IMG/VR virus record: IMGVR_UViG_3300027749_000040
Location: 64,001 to 128,000 of that record
Strand: one strand, 5' to 3'
DNA length: 64,000 bases
Origin: a virus
Within the stretch, counting starts at the first letter, position 1. Every line of letters begins with the position of its first letter. Shown here piece after piece: positions 57,301 through 64,000 of the stretch. The notes beneath the pieces were generated by a model. It worked only from the letters and a program-made list of their open reading frames with translations, was not told the origin of the DNA and did no database searches. The position numbers and the translations under genes were made by a program.

Positions 57301-57647
57301 ACAACTCACCCTTCATCATAAACGATTTACCAAACAACAATTGGTCAGTAGAATGGCCTACATTTAAAAACATCAAAGATAGTGTAGCTAACATAAAATT
57401 GTTAGATATATTATTTGGTGAAGTAAAATGTAACCAGGCAGGATTAGCAATAATGCTTAATAGTGGTGAGTATGATACATTATGGATTGATGACATAGAG
57501 TATTATCAGGACACTAGACATGAATATGGTAATTATTTGGAACAGATGTATGAGATTAGAGGAGCAGTCTTCCACAAAGAAAGTGAAGCAAGAAAATTTC
57601 AAGACATACTAGAAAAAAAATACGTATGGAAAATATTAAAGGCATAA
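57297..57647 (+). CDS. Hypothetical protein
   Basis: ATGA-coupled. Confidence 0.65.
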   Translation: MNNSPFIINDLPNNNWSVEWPTFKNIKDSVANIKLLDILFGEVKCNQAGLAIMLNSGEYDTLWIDDIEYYQDTRHEYGNYLEQMYEIRGAVFHKESEARKFQDILEKKYVWKILKA

Positions 57648-57648
57648 C

Positions 57649-58197
57649 ATGGATGTAATGATTGACATTGAATCACTAGACACAACACCAGACTGTGTGA
57701 TTCTAACTATTGGTGCAGTATTATTTGACCCACGTGGTCATGGCATTATTGATAAAATTGAGATTCGTCCTACGATTGAGGATCAAACAGAGATTTACAA
57801 TCGCAGTATCAATGATGCAACAATGGAATGGTGGGGCAAACAAAGTCCAGAAGCAATTGAAGAAGCTATGGGCGACAGAGACCGTGTGTCATACGAAAAT
57901 GCAATGAATCAATTATACAAATTCTGCTGGAATCGTAGTAAGTGTGCATGGAGTAACGGTGCAAGTTTTGATGTAGTAGTTATGGATCATGCTTGGAAAC
58001 AATTTGATAAAAACACACCGTGGAACTTTTGGGACATTAGAGACACAAGAACATTGTATGATATTGCCGGCGTAAAATTAAAAGATGGTGGACATGTTAC
58101 GACACACAAAGCTGTAGAAGATGCCGAAAGACAAGCAATTGTTGTGCAACAAGCGTATACTAAGTTAATTAAAGTAGGATTAATGGAGACAAAATGA
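57649..58197 (+). CDS. DEDDh 3'-5' exonuclease (Rv2179c/exonuclease VIII-like)
   Basis: MIDIESL, WSNGASFD, RDTRT, HKAVEDA. Confidence 0.85.
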   Translation: MDVMIDIESLDTTPDCVILTIGAVLFDPRGHGIIDKIEIRPTIEDQTEIYNRSINDATMEWWGKQSPEAIEEAMGDRDRVSYENAMNQLYKFCWNRSKCAWSNGASFDVVVMDHAWKQFDKNTPWNFWDIRDTRTLYDIAGVKLKDGGHVTTHKAVEDAERQAIVVQQAYTKLIKVGLMETK

Positions 58198-58958
58198 CAA
58201 TAGGTATATTTGGAGATAGTTTTGCAGTAGTTGATAACCACAAAAATCGAAGTTGGACAGGCCTATTAGCAGAGATATTAGACGAAGGATATGTATGCTA
58301 CGGTGAACCATCTACTTCTATATGGTGGTCATATGAACTTTTTTTAAAACATTATAAAAAATATGACAAGATAGTTTTTACATACTCACATTATAGTAGG
58401 TGGAGTTATTTGCCTGAACACCTTACTAAACTATCTCTTATTAGACCTAAAGGTCATGTCGGGGGTTTTGATTCGCACGGTGATGACTCACTAAAAAAAT
58501 ATGTTGATATATTACTTGAAGCTCATCCTATATTGTATTCTGAGGAGTTACAATTATTTACATATCAAAATATCTTCAATAGTGTAAACAAATTGTGCAA
58601 AGATACAAATATAAAATTGATTAACTTAATGCCTTTTGAGCAAAGTTATGTAGATTTTCCAACAAATAATAAATTAGTAGATTTATATATAGATATATCG
58701 GAAGCATTCGGGCCGTGCTTAACTGGTTTAGCAGATGTAAGTTTTGGTGAATTATTGGATCAACGCGGTTTAGTACATAAAGATAGTTTTAAAGGAAAAG
58801 TTTTTGATAAACGAGCATCACACCTATCATTGGATAATAATAAAGTTCTGGCATCAATTATATCAGAGATATTTAATTCCGAGCAAACAAGACCAAAATT
58901 GATACAGTTACAAAAAGACAATAGATTTTTTAAAGGAACATTCTTTAATGAGAATTGA
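58194..58958 (+). CDS. SGNH-like protein
   Basis: IFGDSF...RASHLS; paralog of 7269..8000. Confidence 0.6.
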   Translation: MTIGIFGDSFAVVDNHKNRSWTGLLAEILDEGYVCYGEPSTSIWWSYELFLKHYKKYDKIVFTYSHYSRWSYLPEHLTKLSLIRPKGHVGGFDSHGDDSLKKYVDILLEAHPILYSEELQLFTYQNIFNSVNKLCKDTNIKLINLMPFEQSYVDFPTNNKLVDLYIDISEAFGPCLTGLADVSFGELLDQRGLVHKDSFKGKVFDKRASHLSLDNNKVLASIISEIFNSEQTRPKLIQLQKDNRFFKGTFFNEN

Positions 58959-59529
58959 TTCAGACATTGACATAGATTTTGGAGATAGAGATAAACTACT
59001 GTCTCTAATCAAACATACACCTGCATCAATGCGTAATATCACTCCTATTCGTAGACACAATACTGGTGTCTACATAACAGATATCCCATATGATCCTGTT
59101 AATAATATGTCAGCACTACATTATGAAGACGCAGAAAAACGTGGATATTTCAAACTAGACTTGTTGAATGTGCATGTGTATTCACAGGTTCGTGATGAAA
59201 CACATTTAGTTGAATTGATGTATGAACCAAATTGGTCTAAACTAAATGATAGAGTATTTGTTGAGAAATTAATTCACCTATCAAATCACTATCAAAGTAT
59301 TCAGAAGATGACTGAGCCAATTGATAGTATCCCTAGATTAGCAATGTTTTTAGCATTGATTCGTCCTGCTAAAAAGCATTTAATTGGTAAGAGTTGGAAA
59401 GAAGTGAGTCAAACTATATGGGACCGTGAGAATGACGGATATAGTTTCAAAAAGAGTCATGCTATAGCTTATGCACAGTTAGTCGTTGTACATATGAATT
59501 TACTTACAACATCCGTTTCACAAGCGTAA
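58948..59529 (+). CDS. Miniature DnaE-like (family C polymerase catalytic core) protein
   Basis: SDIDIDF, RHNTGVY, GYFKLDLLN, LALIRP, YSFKKSHAIAY in DnaE order within 193 aa. Confidence 0.75.
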   Translation: MRIDSDIDIDFGDRDKLLSLIKHTPASMRNITPIRRHNTGVYITDIPYDPVNNMSALHYEDAEKRGYFKLDLLNVHVYSQVRDETHLVELMYEPNWSKLNDRVFVEKLIHLSNHYQSIQKMTEPIDSIPRLAMFLALIRPAKKHLIGKSWKEVSQTIWDRENDGYSFKKSHAIAYAQLVVVHMNLLTTSVSQA

Positions 59530-59884
59530 TACTACGGCGTTTTGTCCTACGTTTGTGTAGTTCATTTATGCTACAAGCAGGGCCATGCACGATAGTTAGA
59601 CTTTTATTGTGAAAAGTTCGTATATATGGCTTGAATATGATCCATTCATCTTTAAGGAATAAATTAATAGGAATCAATCTGTTAGATTCCCACCACCATA
59701 TATCACCTAATTCTAAGAATTTCTCTTTAGCCATTGGGTCGATTATAGCACCATAATCGTAAATAGTAGTGACAACATCATCTCTATTCTGTACAATCCC
59801 CACATAATCTTGATTAGCGTAGGAGCACACGGTGATGAAGGGGTGGTTTTCTGTTAGTTTTGTGAAAAATTCGTTAGGTAACAT
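59504..59884 (-). CDS. Hypothetical protein
   Basis: Start re-called at MLPNEFF; divergent GATAAATA motif upstream. Confidence 0.65.
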   Translation of the reverse strand: MLPNEFFTKLTENHPFITVCSYANQDYVGIVQNRDDVVTTIYDYGAIIDPMAKEKFLELGDIWWWESNRLIPINLFLKDEWIIFKPYIRTFHNKSLTIVHGPACSINELHKRRTKRRSITLVKRML

Positions 59885-59950
59885 TGTTGTTCTTATGACC
59901 GAAATATTTATCATCGGGTAGCCTGGCAATATATTTTGATAAATACGATT

Positions 59951-60739
59951 ATGTACTCAACTCAAGTATTCGTTTATACCCAACGACAAATCGTTATTCT
60001 TTTATCAGGAAATTCCCCTAGGAGTTATATGCCCCAGTATGCAAAGCCACTCACTCTACACAAAGGTGTAGATAATCAAATTCAATTTCAGTTCTTAAAT
60101 CAAGAACAAAAACCCGTCAATATCACAGGAAAAGAAATATCTTGTAGAATTTTAAATTCTACCGGTGTCACAGTTCTTATTAGAAAAGCACTTACTATTC
60201 AATTAGGTGCAACCGGTATTGCCGCATTGATGTTAAATCCCGGAGAGCTAGAAGAAATTGAGGCACAAAAATGTTATTATACATTAGAAATTCCAGTAGG
60301 CACATTTGATTACCCTGTATTTGTAGACCAAAATGCAGGTGGCCGGGGTGATATGAATATTGTTAATAGTATATTACCTAGCTTTGTTCCTAGCAATGAA
60401 ATAACTATTCCTACTGGACAAGGTTATCCTAATCCAGATTGGTATTCAAATGACGGATCGTATGTACCTGATTCTAATTCGGTTGTATATTATACCAGTG
60501 TTTATACCACAACTGATAATCCTAGATTAACACTACAAGCCACATATACCGACTTCTATGGTAATGTATTGATTGAAGGTTCTACTATTGGTAATACAGA
60601 CTGGTATCCAATTAGTACAATATATAGTTATACTGAAACAACAGACACATTCCATTATAACATTAATGGATTCCACCCATTCATTCGTATGGGGTTTGTG
60701 AGCAATGCGGGCGTAGTAACCAACATATTGGCAAGATAA
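59951..60739 (+). CDS. Hypothetical beta-rich, probably structural protein
   Basis: ATG 5 nt after GATAAATA; Ig/jelly-roll-like composition. Confidence 0.6.
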   Translation: MYSTQVFVYTQRQIVILLSGNSPRSYMPQYAKPLTLHKGVDNQIQFQFLNQEQKPVNITGKEISCRILNSTGVTVLIRKALTIQLGATGIAALMLNPGELEEIEAQKCYYTLEIPVGTFDYPVFVDQNAGGRGDMNIVNSILPSFVPSNEITIPTGQGYPNPDWYSNDGSYVPDSNSVVYYTSVYTTTDNPRLTLQATYTDFYGNVLIEGSTIGNTDWYPISTIYSYTETTDTFHYNINGFHPFIRMGFVSNAGVVTNILAR

Positions 60740-60777
60740 GTATTGACTGTGTGACAGATTTATGTTACACTATGTAG

Positions 60778-61758
60778 ATGTTCGATATTCTGTCTATAAT
60801 TCCAGGCAAGAAAAAACTCACTCAAGGTGGATGGCACAGTTTCAATGCTGTATGTTGTAACCATCGCGGCCACAAAACTGATGCCAGAAGCCGAGGTGGT
60901 GTTCATTTTGATGGATCAATTAATTGGTTATACCATTGCTTTAATTGTGGGTTCAAGTGTGGGTTCACACTTGGAAGAAGTTTAACAAAGAATACACGAC
61001 AACTATTAACTTGGTGCGGAGTAGATGATACGCAGATTAGTAAGTGGAGTTTAGAAAGTTTACAACAAAAAGATATACTAGACTTTACTCAACCTAAAAA
61101 GAAAACTAAAATTAAGTTTGACGAACATAAGCTGCCTGACGATGCAGAACTACTTGACCAAAATAATCAATCACACAAAATATATGTAGACTATCTAAAA
61201 TCAAGAGGTATAAGTAGTAGTGAATATCCTTTCATGGTCACTCCCAACGAATCAAGTCGCATGGGAAATCGCATCATCATTCCCTATACATACAAAAACA
61301 AGATTGTTGGTCACACAAGTAGGTTCTTAGACAATAAGATTCCAAAATATATCAACGAACAACAACCTGGTTATGTATTTGGATATGATTTTCAACAACC
61401 CAATCAAAGTGTTTGTATACTAGTCGAGGGCATCTTTGATGCATTGAGTCTAGGTGCTTGTGCGTTAACTCATAACACGATTAACGATGACCAAGCAGAA
61501 CTACTAGCACAACTTAACAGACAAATCATTTTTGTTCCCGACCGTGATAAAACAGGATTTGACTCCTGTGAGAGGGCTATTCAACTAGGCTATAGCGTCA
61601 GTATCCCACACTGGGACAAGGACGTAAAAGATGTTAATGATGCAATTGTCAAATATGGTAGACTACCTACACTACTCAGTATATTGCAGTCTGCTACAAT
61701 GAGCAAAATTAAAATAGAAATGCAAAGGAAAAAAATTGGTAAACAAAACGGATTCTAA
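60778..61758 (+). CDS. DNA primase (T4 gp61-like)
   Basis: Zn finger (CC...YHCFNCG), RIIIP, TOPRIM EGIFDA and DRDKTG, KDVND. Confidence 0.88.
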   Translation: MFDILSIIPGKKKLTQGGWHSFNAVCCNHRGHKTDARSRGGVHFDGSINWLYHCFNCGFKCGFTLGRSLTKNTRQLLTWCGVDDTQISKWSLESLQQKDILDFTQPKKKTKIKFDEHKLPDDAELLDQNNQSHKIYVDYLKSRGISSSEYPFMVTPNESSRMGNRIIIPYTYKNKIVGHTSRFLDNKIPKYINEQQPGYVFGYDFQQPNQSVCILVEGIFDALSLGACALTHNTINDDQAELLAQLNRQIIFVPDRDKTGFDSCERAIQLGYSVSIPHWDKDVKDVNDAIVKYGRLPTLLSILQSATMSKIKIEMQRKKIGKQNGF

Positions 61759-63196
61759 AAAACAAATTGACTATACCCCGGAAGTACAAAAGTACTTTTT
61801 ACGAATGATGATGACTAACGCCGAATTATACACTCGGGTTATGAACATTATGAACAGCGAAAACTTTGATAAGTCATTGAGACCTGCCGCAGAGTTATTT
61901 AAAGAACATACAAACAAATACAAAGTATTACCAGATCATACTCAAGTTAAAGCAATGACTGGAATTGATATAGAACCTATCCCAGAACTGAATGAAGGTC
62001 ACAACGAATGGTTCTTTGATGCGTTTGAATCATTTACTAAACGGCAAGAACTAGAAAGAGCAATTCTTAAAGCCGCAGACTTACTTGAGAAAGGTGACTT
62101 TAGTCCTGTTGAAAAATTAATCAAAGATGCAGTACAAATTAGTTTACAACGAGACATGGGTACAGATTACTTCTTTGATCCTAAAGGTCGTATTAACAAA
62201 TACTTCAACGCAGGCGGACAAGTTAGCACAGGCTGGCCCCAGATGGATCGTATCTTATATGGTGGTATGAGTCGGGGTGAACTTAACATCTTTGCAGGTG
62301 GCTCAGGATCAGGTAAGTCATTAGTAATGATGAACTTGGCATTGAACTGGTTACAAGCAGGAATGAGCGGAGTCTACATCACACTTGAATTAAGTGAAGA
62401 ACTAACAAGTTTGCGTACTGATGCTATGTTAACACAGATGGGTACTAAAGCAATTCGTAAAGACATTGACACTACCGATCTCAAGGTTAAGATGGTTGGT
62501 AAAAAAGCAGGAAAGTATCGTGTTAAAGGATTACCCGCTCAAAGTAATGTAAATGATATTCGTGCTTACTTAAAAGAAGTACAAATTCAAACAGGCATTA
62601 AAATTGATTTTGTAATGGTTGACTACTTAGATTTGGTTATGCCGGTCTCTGTTAAAGTTAATCCTAACGATCAGTTCATTAAAGACAAATATGTTGCAGA
62701 AGAATTGCGTAACTTAGCTAAAGAGATGGGCGTGTTATTAGTAACTGCATCGCAGTTGAATCGTAGTGCAGTCGATGAGATTGAATTCGACCACAGTCAC
62801 ATTGCCGGTGGTATCAGTAAAATTAATACAGCAGATAATGTGTTTGGTATCTTTACAAGTCGCAGTATGCGTGAGCGTGGTAAGTATCAGATTCAATGTA
62901 TGAAAAGTCGTAGTTCAACGGGTGTGGGTATGAAAATTGACTTAGAATATGACATTGAAACAATGCGTATCAGTGATAGCGATCCTGACGGGTATGCGGA
63001 TCAACAAGCAAAGTATAGACCTAGTCCTAGTCCAACCGACATTATGAATCAAGTGAGAGCACAATCTACGTTAGTTTCTACAGAACCTATTATTGACCAA
63101 GCTACAGGTGAAGTATTAGAACCCTTAAATAAAAAGGTCGCAGTAGACGTTCAGGGTTCTAAACTCAAAAATTTACTCAACAGTTTGAAGAGGTAA
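61736..63196 (+). CDS. Replicative helicase (DnaB/gp41-like)
   Basis: GGSGSGKS, ITLELSE, VDYLDL, TASQLNR, KSR. Confidence 0.92.
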   Translation: MVNKTDSKKQIDYTPEVQKYFLRMMMTNAELYTRVMNIMNSENFDKSLRPAAELFKEHTNKYKVLPDHTQVKAMTGIDIEPIPELNEGHNEWFFDAFESFTKRQELERAILKAADLLEKGDFSPVEKLIKDAVQISLQRDMGTDYFFDPKGRINKYFNAGGQVSTGWPQMDRILYGGMSRGELNIFAGGSGSGKSLVMMNLALNWLQAGMSGVYITLELSEELTSLRTDAMLTQMGTKAIRKDIDTTDLKVKMVGKKAGKYRVKGLPAQSNVNDIRAYLKEVQIQTGIKIDFVMVDYLDLVMPVSVKVNPNDQFIKDKYVAEELRNLAKEMGVLLVTASQLNRSAVDEIEFDHSHIAGGISKINTADNVFGIFTSRSMRERGKYQIQCMKSRSSTGVGMKIDLEYDIETMRISDSDPDGYADQQAKYRPSPSPTDIMNQVRAQSTLVSTEPIIDQATGEVLEPLNKKVAVDVQGSKLKNLLNSLKR

Positions 63197-63212
63197 GACT
63201 AAATACTATATC

Positions 63213-63467
63213 ATGCAAAAACAAACTCGCAGCCTGTTGGAAGAATTAGAGTCAATCGGTAATAACCGTGACACCAGTCACATTATTGAGAGCCGAGGTC
63301 ATAACATCATTACCAGTGCAATTAATTTACTAGAAATGATTAACAGGCATTATACGCCTGTTCAGGCTGAAATTTTAGAGCGTAAGCTACTAAGTGCTAT
63401 AAAAAATAAAGACCAGAGTAAATTTGCAAAATCACTAAAAAAGAATAGCAACAATGAGCCTATCTGA
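63213..63467 (+). CDS. Hypothetical protein
   Basis: ATG 7 nt after TAAATA. Confidence 0.7.
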   Translation: MQKQTRSLLEELESIGNNRDTSHIIESRGHNIITSAINLLEMINRHYTPVQAEILERKLLSAIKNKDQSKFAKSLKKNSNNEPI

Positions 63468-64000
63468 GTCCCTGTCGATATTAAAGTCTAAAATTGATAA
63501 ATTTTCCATTAAAGAGGCTAAGGGACATTTAGACCATCCTGAGGATTTAATATTTTTAGACGGCACTCAAGGTGCTAACCGTGCTGTTCAAGCAAGCGTA
63601 GACACAGTTAAAAATCCAGCAACAGTCACAATTAAGTGGGATGGATATCCTGCATTGATTTTTGGGCGTGGTACAAATGGCAAGTTCAGTATTATGGACA
63701 AACATATGTTCAATAAAAAAGACTTATCAGGTCGTCAAGTATTCAGCCCCGAACAATTTGTTGAATATGATAGAGCCCGAGGAGTTGACCGTAGTGGATT
63801 ACATCAATTAATTGCCGAAATTTGGCCAGGACTAGAAAAGTCAGATAGAAGCAAAGGTTATTACTGGGGAGACTTACTATTCAGTCAACCGTTGCAAGAA
63901 CAAAACGGTATGTATAAGTTCAAAGCTAATCCCAATGGTATTGCATACACAGTTGAGGCAAACAGTGAAGTAGGACAGTTATTTAAAGGAAAACAAGCCG
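63454..64000 (+). CDS. Hypothetical protein with KxDG motif (DUF6267-like), runs off window end
   Basis: Open frame from ATG 63454: ...KGHLDHPEDL...TIKWDGYPALIFG...WGDLLF. Confidence 0.65.
   Translation, partial: MSLSESLSILKSKIDKFSIKEAKGHLDHPEDLIFLDGTQGANRAVQASVDTVKNPATVTIKWDGYPALIFGRGTNGKFSIMDKHMFNKKDLSGRQVFSPEQFVEYDRARGVDRSGLHQLIAEIWPGLEKSDRSKGYYWGDLLFSQPLQEQNGMYKFKANPNGIAYTVEANSEVGQLFKGKQA

Noticed and set aside
1-64000. Remaining short nested or antisense ORFs in the track, and stop-codon reassignment
   Set aside because: They overlap well-supported genes; the standard code already gives near-complete coding density with intact core genes

Overview
A 64-kb segment of a large T4-like (myovirus-type) phage genome. 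It is AT-rich, densely coded, uses the standard genetic code and lies almost entirely on the + strand. The host is probably a Gram-negative proteobacterium (spanin pair, outer-membrane beta-barrel, lipoproteins, proteobacterial-type tmRNA tag). Core genes recognised by motif: terminase large subunit, gp32-like SSB, UvsX, UvsY, UvsW, primase, DnaB/gp41 helicase, thymidylate synthase. Accessory load: ten radical SAM proteins (seven clustered in the first 10 kb), five SGNH-like proteins, a carbamoyltransferase, a 1565-aa tandem-repeat protein, NDP-sugar enzymes and a methyltransferase. The most striking structure is at 18.1-18.7 kb: a circularly permuted (two-piece) tmRNA gene whose 340-nt intervening segment holds a complete 104-aa protein gene. 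That gene's ribosome-binding site and stop codon pair with each other in a 14-bp stem extending the tmRNA acceptor helix. Other oddities: a 193-aa mini-DnaE keeping the catalytic motifs, apparently widespread leaderless transcripts, repeated promoter cassettes, and unannotated small ORFs (an RDPFIY peptide and an Rmf-like peptide). All family assignments come from motif reading only; no searches were run.
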